A stretch of DNA of 63,944 nucleotides, filler included, from Diploschistes diacapsis (lineage: Eukaryota), in the NCBI GenBank assembly GCA_023645945.1. It is 5 parts of 5 records of this genome, joined end to end, with 100 filler letters (N's around TTAATTAATTAA, not from the genome) between each part and the next. Parts side by side here need not be neighbours in the genome. Positions count along the whole stretch, not along the records: positions 1 to 12,902 come from JALAIB010000705.1; 4 more parts are not named here. One strand, given 5' to 3'. This document shows positions 1 through 11,436 of this stretch, in pieces. The translations under genes and the position numbers were made by a program. Position 1 is the first letter of the stretch; each line of letters starts with the position of its first letter. Below the pieces are notes generated by a model. That model saw nothing but the letters and a program-made list of their open reading frames with translations, was not told the origin of the DNA and did no database searches.

Positions 1-281
1 GAATAATTCCGTTTATAGGAAAGTGTTGAATAAATAAGTAGAAAGTATAATTAAAAATATAACTAAGTTTTAGAAGGAAGTTCAGTTCAATTGAACTTTA
101 AGGTTCAGTTTAGTTAAACTTTCTGGAATTCTAACTAAACCGAATAAGGAATAGTATAAATAATAAGACTTAGCGTATCCCACGAGGATAAAAGTCTGCA
201 AAGTAGGGTAACCTCCTGGTTAAGACCTCTAGACTTCAATATATCCATTTCGTTGCCGAACAAATAGGATCCATTAAGCCC

Positions 282-710
282 TAATATCATGTGTCTGGCG
301 ACACATGATGTCGCTATCCAGGTTCCTAAGCGAAGCAGTAAGTATTAAGTAAAAAACCTAGGCTTACAAAACTGTGTAGGTTTATTGGGGGTTGCACCCC
401 CAAACCCCTGCCTTTTTTATTTTTGGGGATTGCATCCCCAAACCCCTGCTCCGTAATTAAAGCTTAAAAACTGGGTAAACTATTAAAGTCAATCAGATTT
501 CTAAATATTCAGCTAAATACCATGTCCAGGGGTGTGGGGATGCAATCCCCACAAATAAAAAAAGCAGGGGTTTGGGGGTGCAACCCCCAATAACCTACCC
601 AGTTTTTTAAGCCTAGATTTTTTAGGGATTACTTACTGCTTCGCTTAGGAACTTTGAGGGGCTTAGGAACTTTGAGGGCGACATCATGTGTCGCCAGACA
701 CATGATATTA
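282..710. mobile_element. Non-autonomous foldback/MITE-like element with ~170-180 bp inverted arms
   Basis: Left end TAATATCATGTGTCTGGCGACACATGATGTCGC (282-314) is the exact reverse complement of 678-710. Arms 282-~449 and ~527-710 stay largely complementary (TTCCTAAGCGAAGCAGTAAG; GGGGGTTGCACCCCCAAACCCCTGC). Outermost TA at both ends may be a target-site duplication. No ORF. Confidence 0.8.
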
Positions 711-1440
711 TACCATACGCTGCGATTTGAATCCTTAGCACACGGGTGAATACACTGTAATATAATATTTCACAAATTAATATTTCGTGACAAAGAAATC
801 TTTTCTTAAAATCTGTGCCTTTTATTTTTATTATCTTAGTGCGCTATTTATGTCCTAGACTTGAGTCGCTGCGCTAGACGACGACTGTTATAGATAATAA
901 ATGTGACCGGCCTCTAGGCGTGGCCGGAATCACCCGTCTAATCCCGTTAAACATTTGTCCGCCAAAAGTATTGCCTAGAGCACATTGTTTTTCCGCTCCG
1001 CCACAGCTTTCTTTGTAATAGCTCATATAACAAATTCATTTTGATGGTTGCTAGGTGAAAGTCTCGTCTCTTCCACTTGTGACCGGTCACCCTCAAATTA
1101 TCCTCTGTCAAATAAACCCCTTCATTTTGTTTTCATTCCTCAGGAATACTGGTGAGGAAGTAGATAAAAGGCGGGGCTCATGATCATGCTGCGTTGGCGA
1201 TGATCGCTTGGTTGTTTGCATGGGAATCTATATCCAGGAAAATTTTGTTTCTACAAACTTTCACTCTTTCCGCTGTGGAATTTGCTACTACGATTGCCGA
1301 TTGCCGTTCTACAAAGTCATTAACATCGAAGAAGCAAAACTGCAATTGATTGAACACGAATAGAACGCCAGTATTCGGTTTTTTCTAACGACTCAGTGTC
1401 ACCCAAGGAAGCCTACTCATCATCTTTCATTGATCACACA

Positions 1441-3036
1441 ATGGATCCTAAAAACACCGATGCAAATGGCGTGTATCTGTCTCTTGATTCGCCGGATTTG
1501 CAGCTTCTGCCCTCCTCAAGTTGCCCCAATCTTGACGATGTCTCTGTGGAAACCCCTGCTATTGACAAATATCAGCAGGGTCCAGCCTCAAATCAGGTCA
1601 CTCAGCTGAAACAGGAAGACAGTTTCTTCGCAGCCTTTTGTACATGGATAGTTCATCATCAATTGGGTATGTGAAGATCTATAAGGCTTGATGTTCATGG
1701 GGTTTATGTGTATCTAGGAATTGCCGTAAATCTCCTACTCCTCCTCTCCCTTGCTCACACATCATTCCCTAAGGCTCGGAGGTATACGCGGAAATTCTTT
1801 GGTCTGTCTTATTACAACATCACCACGGGAAGGTATGGAGCGGGTTGGGACGACGCTTTACTCCTGTTTTATTGGATTGTCATCTTCACTGGTGCGAGGG
1901 TTGCGGTAATGGAGTTCCTTTTGTATCTTGCGGAAAAGGCAGGCATCAGGAAACAAAAAATTAAAAATCGCTTCGCCGAGCAAGCTTGGCTCTTGGTATA
2001 CTACAGCGCAACGTATCCTCTAGGCCTCGTAAGTGCTCTGCGTGCCCGTGGACTACTGCAGCTGACGGATAAAGTACATCATGTGTAGCTCAGACTACTG
2101 GCTAAACTTGCCGGAGATGTGGAAAAATTGGCCAGACCGAGAAATGGATGGCCTTTTTAAGTGGTATTACCTCGTACAATTTGCTTTCTGGCTGCAGCAG
2201 ATTGTTGTGGTAAATATTGAGGAACGAAGAAAGGACCACCTGCAGATGTTTTCACATCATGTCTTGACCTGTCTTTTGATGTTTTGGAGTTATGGCTATC
2301 ATCAAACAAGAGTTGGAAATGTGATCCTATGTATCATGGACGGAGGTGATATCGTTCTCGCGGTAGGTCGAGTTCCCGAATTGACCCATTAGCCTTCTAA
2401 TGTGTTCCTTAGTTGGCGAAGATACTGAAGTATCTTAAGTATCGCACAGCCTGCGATATAGTATTTGGTATATTTATAATTACTTGGTTTGCACTTCGTC
2501 ACGTCGCCTACCTCACCGTATGCTACTCTATCTTAGTGGACATGCCACAGAAAATCAGGTTTGGGTGCTACCGCGGGTCCAATGCCAACCTCCAAGGACT
2601 GGCCAATACTCCAACCGGGTACGGCTATCTTCTCGAGCCCTTTCGCGATCCCGAAGGCCTTCTTTGCCATACTACCGGAGTCAGCGTCGCATTCCTTAGT
2701 ATGCTCCTGTCATTACAAGTTATCCTACTAGTATGGTTTTGGATGATCCTCAACGTTGCCTGGAGGGTTGTTTTGGGAAGCGGAAGTGATGACCCTAGAA
2801 GTGACGGTGAAGAAGACGAAGAAGACAAAGGTGTTGTTCAGGCATTTGAGGCAAATAAGAAACTTCATGTGTATCCGCTGGAAGAGGAAGTGGGCGTGGA
2901 TGAGTTGAAAGTTGGTGGAAATCGGTCAAATCCTACTAGGGTGTTCAAGAAAGGCTCGATTAATTCTAGCGGCGTCTCGCTGCCGCATGATCGAAAAGAA
3001 CTCCTTAGACGCATTGGGTGTGACAAGCAGGCCTAA
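1441..3036 (+). CDS. Ceramide synthase (sphingosine N-acyltransferase, TLC/Lag1 domain), BarA/Lac1-type; 4 exons ~1441-1666, 1718-2028, 2075-2362, 2413-3036
   Basis: Lag1p motif RKDHLQMFSHH...CIMDGGD, plus RFAEQAW and KWYYLVQFAFWLQQ; C-terminal RKELLRRIGCD. Three GT-AG introns join the four ORF fragments in frame. Confidence 0.93.
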
Positions 3037-3525
3037 ATGCTAGAGTCATAGCTAGACTTGCAACTCATGCTATCTTCAAAGATATTTTCATGGTGTCGCA
3101 GGTGGATCGAAAACATGCGTCAGCCTTACCGTAAAAGAATATCTGACTATTGGCGAGATGTCTGCATAATAGGCTTAACCAAAATAAGCCAGGTATATGT
3201 GGTTTTACTGAGCCAAAAGTGATAATTAAAAAGCTATAAATCTACATTGTTAGCGCACTACGATTATTCCACAAAAGCCTAAGACTATCACAGGGTTAAT
3301 AAAAAAATTGAATAGACTTTGGCCCGTAGTAATCAGGCGGATTTAAAGTTCGCGTTATTCCTAAGCGAAGGGCGAAACTATATTTACGTATTAGTCTTTT
3401 TATAGGTGTATAGTAAACGTAAATAAAAAATTGACTCCGGAAGAGACAATTAAGATTATGAATTAATTATTTAAAATCTACTAAACTGAATTAAACTAAA
3501 CCAAACTACACTAATCGTTTCTTAT

Positions 3526-3933
3526 CGTTGAAAGTGGTGGAAGTTCCTAATAAGTAACTGATGACTAAGAGTGTATTCTGCAGCTATTCCTAACTAGGAA
3601 ATAATCCTAGCCTGCCTAGCCTGGTAGCTGACTATTATTCAGTAAAGATATGTTGAAGAGGTTGAAGGTGATAACTATGAACGATGGAGGGTGAGAGGCC
3701 TTTTATAGGCACATTTCACGCTAGTTTGATTAGTAATCATTATTCTAGAATGTTCCTTATCCTTCTAAATTATCCCATGCATTAGCCGAATATTCCATAA
3801 TATTCCATAAGCTTCGATGATATTTTATTATGTTCTGAATATTTTAGAACCTTCTAGAACCTTCCAGAATATTCGAACATGCTAGAAGCTTAGTAAGCAA
3901 TCTGACTAACCTATTTAGGTTAGTATTCTGACA
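3526..3933 (-). mobile_element. Solo-LTR-like retroelement remnant
   Basis: Minus strand starts TGTCAG and ends TTCAACG (degenerate CA end). Contains TATAAAA (3701-3707) followed by a pyrimidine-rich tract, and an nGAAn array. Shares a block with 51653-51685 and the end motif with 51524. No clean target-site duplication seen. Confidence 0.55.
3846..3875. promoter_or_regulatory. Heat-shock element (six alternating nGAAn units)
   Basis: aGAAccTTCtaGAAccTTCcaGAAtaTTCg matches the HSF consensus GAAnnTTCnnGAA with perfect spacing. Confidence 0.65.
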
Positions 3934-4048
3934 GTAATCAATATGCACTTTTTGAATTTGATAGGTAATTGATTGAAAAGTAATGTTTTGAAAAAAAAAC
4001 GATTAATTTCGAAGAATTATTGAAGATTTAAACAATTTCTTGGCAAAA

Positions 4049-4082
4049 GTGGCCCACTTCTGGGGGTGGCCCACTTCCCCGT
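4049..4082 (-). repeat. TIR-like terminus with internal 12-bp direct repeat (DNA transposon relic)
   Basis: GTGGCCCACTTC occurs twice (4049-4060, 4066-4077), then CCCGT, as a GC island in AT-rich DNA. Architecture resembles fungal Tc1/pogo TIRs. Confidence 0.4.
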
Positions 4083-4683
4083 CAGAAAAGTTATATTTAT
4101 TAAAATGAACAATGTACAATTGAATGTGCCTCCTGCATCCGCCAGTTTCGCCAATTAAAACAATCCCTAGAAAATTTTCGTGACGAAAGAATTTAACAAA
4201 GATAATATTATCGAAATCAAAGAATTTTTTAATTTCTTTAAAATCCTTCCCAATTCAGATTAGCGTAAATTCAGGAAAAGGGCTCATCCGAAGGGGGAAA
4301 AAAAAAGTAACCTTTCAAAAGATGATTTGAATAAAAAATAAAAAAATGTTTTACCACTTTTGCCAAAACTTTTTAGTTATTCTTGACGAGAAAAAGTTTT
4401 CGTGATGGAAGTTGGAACTTATCTCCTTGGTCTCTTTGGTGGTTGCACTGGCATGTGGGATGTCACCGTGGTTCGTCTTGCGGATTGTATGCTCCTTTTT
4501 TGGGATGCTTGGAATGACTCACCAGGAGTATTTACAGTGAAGGGTCGTTGAGCTGACACTTGGAGATTTTGTTTAAGTATCCGATATTTCCCATTAGCAG
4601 AATCTTCCTTCTCACAGAATCCATCAATTACAAACATTGCCGTTGATCTCTGGTATTTTTCCACTCTTTTTCAAGTATCCGGC

Positions 4684-5781
4684 ATGCGTTCAGCCTTTCT
4701 TTCTTTCCTTCTCTTCCTCCTCTCCGTCCTTTCCGCGGCAGCCACTTTCCCTACTGTCGCCACAACGTCTTCCTCACAGGTAAACGTCTCGACCATCTAT
4801 CAACACTCGGGAAACTTTTGGTACGAGAACATTGCCGTTCGTAGTACAAACCGTAAACTCCTCGTCACCTCGCTCACCGCGGGCCAAATCTTCGAATTTT
4901 CTCCTACTGGTTCGCCCACCGATCAGCCCTTAGCAATCGCCTCTCTACCCAGCAGTAGCGGTCTCAATACTAGTACCGGCATCGTCGAGGTAGAGCCCGA
5001 TGTCTTCGCGTTTTCGGCAAGTAACACAAACTTCCTGTTCGGTTCCTGGGAGATATGGAAATTAGACCTTCGTCCACAAGCCTTGAGCGCCAACGGCACG
5101 GGACAGCTCACGCGCGTCGCGGCAGTGAAGAAAGCTGGCCTGCTGAACGGCCTTGCATTGCTGCGCTCCCCTGATCTGGTGGTCGCGACAGACACATTCC
5201 AACCAGTCATCTGGCGCATCGACCTTAGCACAGGCGACTACAACGTCGTCATCAACGACACCATCCTCAGCGCACCCGCGGCCCAACTAGGCGCCAACGG
5301 CATAAAGATCTTCCCTCAGCCAGCGCTGCACTCATCGACTGGCGATGGCGACTGCGAATCCTCTAGCAACGACCAAGGCGCTACCCTGAACCGCACCCTC
5401 TGCTTCACCAACACCTACCACCAGCTCTTCGGCTCCTTCCCCATCGACCCCGTTTCGGGCGCGGCCACGGGCCCAGCCAAGAGAATCGCCATCGCCAGCC
5501 CGCCGAACAACGGCAAGAGCAACTATGACGACTTCTGGCTCGATAGCCGGGGCAACGCGTACTTGGCGAACGGGTACGGCGACACGGTCAATTTCGTGGC
5601 TGCCGGCAGCGGGCAGCAGAGTGTGCTGGCGGGCGCACTGAATAGTACGCTGATCGCGGAGCCGACGAGCGTGGCGCTTGATGCGATGGAGAAGATTGCA
5701 TTTGTGACGACGGCGGGGGGACTGAAGAGCCCAGAGGGGAAGAAGGTTGTTGGGGGGCAGGTGTTGAGGATTGAGTTGTAG
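4684..5781 (+). CDS. Secreted six-bladed beta-propeller protein (SMP-30/gluconolactonase-like)
   Basis: Intronless 365-aa ORF with hydrophobic signal peptide (MRSAFLSFLLFLLSVLSAAA). Propeller motifs WYENIAVRS, LLNGLA, GANGIKI, YDDFWLD and EPTSVAL. Confidence 0.85.
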   Translation: MRSAFLSFLLFLLSVLSAAATFPTVATTSSSQVNVSTIYQHSGNFWYENIAVRSTNRKLLVTSLTAGQIFEFSPTGSPTDQPLAIASLPSSSGLNTSTGIVEVEPDVFAFSASNTNFLFGSWEIWKLDLRPQALSANGTGQLTRVAAVKKAGLLNGLALLRSPDLVVATDTFQPVIWRIDLSTGDYNVVINDTILSAPAAQLGANGIKIFPQPALHSSTGDGDCESSSNDQGATLNRTLCFTNTYHQLFGSFPIDPVSGAATGPAKRIAIASPPNNGKSNYDDFWLDSRGNAYLANGYGDTVNFVAAGSGQQSVLAGALNSTLIAEPTSVALDAMEKIAFVTTAGGLKSPEGKKVVGGQVLRIEL

Positions 5782-8700
5782 GGCAGTCTATGGATAAGGG
5801 GGAACGTGTAGATATGGCGATCAGCCCCTGCTTGCAGCAATTGTAATATTAAAGCTCGATATCTATTTAATAGAGGTTAGAAGTTGTTACATGTAACTAT
5901 TGGAACGCTCGATGGATTTAACGTCCAGGTCAGGGCTGTGCACTTGTGAAGTATTTATATCCGCGGCATTAGCCCTACATGCAGTAGCTCACCTTTTCCC
6001 CTCGCTATTCTTCTTCACGTCGTCGTGTGTTTCGACCTTCGACCTCGCAGGCAAATAACTAAAAGAGGTTGAGTTCTCGAAGGATTACCCGAGTCTATGT
6101 CTCGGAGTTACCAGGTACATCACTCCATGGCAGGCTCCCGGCGAGGCATGCCCGTTTAACACGTTTTTCGCTGCAAGCTATGTACCGTAGAGGGAACGCC
6201 CGATTAAGCGTGGAATAAGACAGTTCGTCATGATTTTTGGGTAGTAGGCCCTTTCCGTATTTGTCACGATTTTTGGGTAATAGGCCTTTCCGTCTAGGCG
6301 GAGGGTGTGTCCAGTGATCAGGCGGCAGTAGGCTTTTCTCCATGCTGTCGGACAAGGCTTTGTGACATCCTGGTGATTCTACCCACAGCTTTCCATCTCA
6401 GCTTTGTTGTAGGAGGTTATTTGAGTGATGATAGGTATGTGTGACTTCATTGGCTTCTGAAGCTTGTCTTGTTTATTTTATCGTCCAGACCGTTCTGTTG
6501 TTGTATATCTTCTGATAGTCGTAGGATTATGGGCAACGACACGATAGAGCCTGACTAGGAGAAAGATTTTCCGTATGATTGGTATTGTGGCAACTCTACT
6601 TTCCGAGCGGAAAGGGGCTGGAAGGTAGATACGCATCGTGTCAATTGTTACCGCCACCGAGATGCTTCCTGTGATATCAAACAGATCTCTATGAAGTCGA
6701 CTCAAGTGAAACCTGATAGGACTCGTGAGCAGTTGCATTGTTGCCGGTGCCGTCGAACAATTTCTGTTAGAGATGGAAGAACATGCCTCAACTGTGATCA
6801 TGCCTGCTGTGACAATTGTGATGGTGTCCCGATAGTGCACCATATAACTGGCGATGATTCACATGGGGCCTCTTGGCCGCAAAACATTCCGTTCCCGAAA
6901 CCGGTACCTTCGAGGAGGCAATATCTGCGCAATCCAAGGTTCTACTGGGCAGAAGTCAGAAGATCAAACGGATTGTGCACCCATTCTCCCGTTTCTTGAA
7001 CAATTATCGCAAGCCATTGATCCACAGTTGACTGCACCCACTGACGGGTTGCAACTGTATAGCTTGCCAGAGACAACTGCTGGATCAACAGCGATGGCAG
7101 GAATTGTTTTGGGAGCGTCGGCCCGTCTCCGTGTGCACCGCTGCTCTCTCTCAGATTGCTAAATGCTCGAAGCCAACTGTGCCGAGCATGCCAAATGATC
7201 CTGTACATGAAAGTTGTTAGTCTAATGACAGACCGTATGAGAATCATTGTCGGGGCATCTCTAATTCCACCGTTCCCCGGCTTATCCCAATAATGATCTA
7301 GGAGATCTTTAATTAGCAACCGGAGTGAATGCGTGGATAGTTGCCTAAGAGCAGGTCTAGACCGACCAATTCACATTCACATAGAAACGATCTTCAACGC
7401 GATTATGGCTTGCGGGCACGTTTTAGGCCATCTCAATACTCAAGACACTTTATATCAAAGCTTAAAAAAATGCGATCGACCAACACAGTGCTTGCTGAGA
7501 ACGTGCAGCAACACCCGTTGATGTGGTTACTCTTTTATATTGCGGCGGGCACACTTTTACCAGATCCTACAGTGAGCTACCTGGCGTTCAAGGTAGAATT
7601 CCTTCTTGGATGAATTTAGATTGCCTCCGGAGGAAACCCGCTTTCCTTAACACTTCCATGGCTGCATAAAAACTTTCTGGAACAGGCACAATGTCTGTAT
7701 CTTAAGATGAGAGTGTTCTCCCTCTTGCTCCATGACAAAGAAAGCCATTTGGAGCAAAGCCCCTTGTATTATCCGGAAGCGAATATGAACACTATGAGTG
7801 GTGTTGGGGGTCCTGCAGTAAGGGTGAATCACAAAGATCGGGCGTTGATGTCCACGTCTAACAATATAGCATCGGAGGCGGTTCCATCGAGCCATGGCAG
7901 GAGGGTATTGAGTCGAAAGAGTGTTCTGATCAAGTACGGCTTTGCCATTGGCTTATCTTTGATCTGTTTCAGGATGTCCTGGGTCTATCTCCTTTTGCAG
8001 AATAGTATCTTGTGGAGGGACTCGGAGGAGACAATTCGGTAGATTTAGTGAGGACGACGATGGCATATCCGCTCCAGGTTTGAATCTCAGACTAGCTTGG
8101 GCTGCACATGCTCTGGAGAATCCATTGAAGGTCGGTGATATACTCTTAGTTGGTGCCACGGGCCTCCAACAGAACGAATGCAACTGCTCGGTTTCAGACC
8201 TGGTAGCCGGCTTCAAACGAAACAACCTACTTCATCCTTTGAAACCACGTGACCCCAGAGTTGATACCGACAATGCAGCTTTCATCGTTAACTTGGTGTA
8301 TATTAATATGCCCACATGCTCTATCCCTTTGGCAGAGCATAAACTCTATAAAGATGTCCCAGATGAAACACGGGAGCTTTATTCTAAAAAGTGCCACCCT
8401 GGGGTCATTGACGTTCACGGTGGTGTCTTGGTATCGCTCTGTACCCCGAATGCAATGCGATGCTCCATCATCTCCTTGATTCGAGCACAGGTGTAAAGAG
8501 ATGGATGCAGAGGTTCAGGGACAGCCCTGAAGATCGTCAAATATGTTGTTGGCATGATGTCTGAAGTAGCGATCCTTGAAAACCAGCCCAACTATGTTAG
8601 GATCGGCTAGCATGCCAAAGTTCAACGGATACGATACGCAGCGAGATGAGTACAATGTATTGTGGGTCAAAGACCATCACGGCAATCCAGGCTGAATTAA

Positions 8701-11436
8701 GCTTGAGCGATTAACCTTGCCAACCTCTAATTACGCATAGTTGGGTACGGTTACTGCGCGACTCTGGCGATTCCTGCGCAATGCCAGTCCTTCAGAAGGA
8801 CTGCTTAGGTATTCCGATGGAGGGCAATCGTCAAACACTATCAAGGCAGGGCTGGAAGTTTCGAGAAGTCATCTTCCGGCCGAAACCATAGACAATGCTT
8901 GAAATCGATCCCACTCTAGCTGACTTCAATTCCCAAGCGGCAGTTAATAAGAGGGACGAAAACAGCCTTTGTGTGAAAGGAAAGTATAAAGATCAAAGCC
9001 AACCTCTTGATGTGTCATTCCTAAGAAACGCCGACTTCATACGCTTGGTCTTCCCAGATTGCTAGCTACGGATTATCCGACCCTTATCCACAGATCATCT
9101 ACTGGTGGAACAAGACGGTGACTTTGCCGCAGAGTACCACGCAGAACCTTTCAAAGGGCACAAAGAGTACTATGATGGGCTGGATGATGCTACGGTTCCC
9201 AAAGCAATGGTATGTATAGAAGCCAGCAGGGTACCTCCTGTTCGGGCGGAGCGCGTGGCCACAAAGGAGCCAGGCCCGAAAAGCGCCAGGATAGTAGCGA
9301 GGAGCAAACCTTTATTAAGGTACATAGATGACAGGTATATCTCGCATCTGGTTGTCTGCAAGATCTGACGGTTATTCTTAATTGGCGGAGACTCGTAATA
9401 CAGCGGCCCGAGATCACACCTTTGAGGCATAGAAGCATTCCCGCATGGGCTTCATAGGTCGATTTTGCAAGATTGCTTCGGGTGTTCCATCGTTCAAGTA
9501 ACTTGGCAATGAAAACCACCCAGCAATTCTCTTCGTCCTCGCTTGGTAGTAGGACTGATTTGGCCAACACTCGCCGTTGGCTTCAAATCCCCACAGAGTA
9601 ATATTCTCGGTAAAATGTTAATAACCCCTAACGACAGTGTGTGGAATTTGATGTAAATTTGCGGCATGCACGTCTGCACTCCCCATTCATTGTCACCTGT
9701 ATTGTATGCTGTTGTGTTGTTCAAATTCAAGACACTAGGTTCGCCTGCTCCTTTACAGCTCTTCCATTTTGCTCCAGAGATGTTTCAACCCGGGGAATGA
9801 ACTGCTGCAATAGCCCCGTGCTATAACTGTCGGGTAATTGAGTTAGAATGAAGGGCTGTGAGGGCTTCAGTTAACCCCCCCCCCATGATACTCCTCTAGG
9901 CGCCATTGGGTCAGAGCGCCTGGAATCGAGTGCCGGACACGTGGAACCTATATCTTGCCAGACCTGTGCTGGTGTTATGCCATTTTTTTGCACTCGTCAA
10001 AGCTGCTCTTATCATCATGATCACAGTATGTATTCGAGTTATATGCTAAGCCTGAATTAGTGAACTGATCCAGCATATCTGTCAGGATTGGTCCTCTGTT
10101 GACGACAAGGCGGTTTTAATACGACCTGTTGACCAGACATATTACTGCGGAGGAAAGGAAAGGTAGGTCCTGTAAAGTAAAAATCTGCCTCGGTTAATCT
10201 TTTATCTGCAAGGTCCAGCATTTGACGCAGAGTCAGCCTTGGAAGGCCTCTTCTCGATCTTCGTGCATATATTATAGCCGCACTTGCTCAGATAGCTGAA
10301 GTCAATGGGATGGTTAATGAACTTCCGATGGATCATAGAATTCTCGCTGTGCGACACCAATACTCATTCTGAGCATACAGCAACTCCATCTTAAAGTATG
10401 ACTCATGGATGTAGTCAGCCCGGTCGCCGGCCGTAATCAAAGCACCATATTCAGCGGTATTAGGTGGTCGCACAGCGAGAATGCAAGTGATTATCTAGGC
10501 GGAGACTGTCAGTGATGCGTACAACAAAAGTCGGAGAATGAAAAATACCACCGTAGACCAATCGACGGTTCAAAAATCTACGCCGAGTTCCGATTCTTTT
10601 GGTGGTTCAGGCACTGACTCTGCTAATTACTGCAACATACCCATATTAGAGATAGATATATTTTCTAACGCTTCGAAGCCTGCATGGAAAAGCTGAGATA
10701 TATCGATGGAGTTATTCTTATGAGCAGATCTTCTGATCTGGGCTCACAATATGTTGTAGCTGGATTAATATACATAAAAGCACTGATGCTCAATAGAGGT
10801 CAAGTCATGAAATTAGCGACAACTTCGCTTTAAACAGCAACAGAGATCCGTTCGGGCTGCTCCTCCAGCCCTCCTTGATCCAATCAAATCCGCTTTTACC
10901 TCTTTTGGAACAAGCTCAGCCGTTAGCTGCCAAGAGCTTGGGATGTGCTTCATCTCCAGAATTGGGGCATTGCGGTGGTAAAAGAAGTTGATTGAAGGAA
11001 TAAAACAAATCACACTGAACAGGTACTTATACTAGTAGTACTTACTATACCTGCCAGTAGTACCGAGTTACCCAGGACAGCCTTTATACAAGAGCTTCGC
11101 TAGGCAGGTACAGACATCTTGGAAGGAGGAGAACCTGAAATGACGTAACGTAATGTAACAAATAAATTGCTCGACTTCGATCTTTCTATCTTTCCCATGA
11201 AGTTGTACTTCCGTTGTATTTACTAGTCATGCTATTGTTACCATGCTGCTGGTAGATCCTGGGGGGCTTGCACCTTGCACTAGACTGGTGTACGAGTGGT
11301 ATATGCAAGAAATATTACCAGCGTGTGTCTTGAGTAGAGGATGACAAGCAGAGACGTCCATATGCTGGCTTTACTCACTCTGAGGCCCCAAACTGTGAAC
11401 TAGTGATAATCGCTCACGAGACTTTTATTCTCTATC

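Noticed and set aside
1396..1440. GTG-initiated N-terminal extension of the ceramide synthase
   Set aside because: The ORF caller used bacterial-style starts; the first ATG at 1441 has a good context (ACACAATGG).
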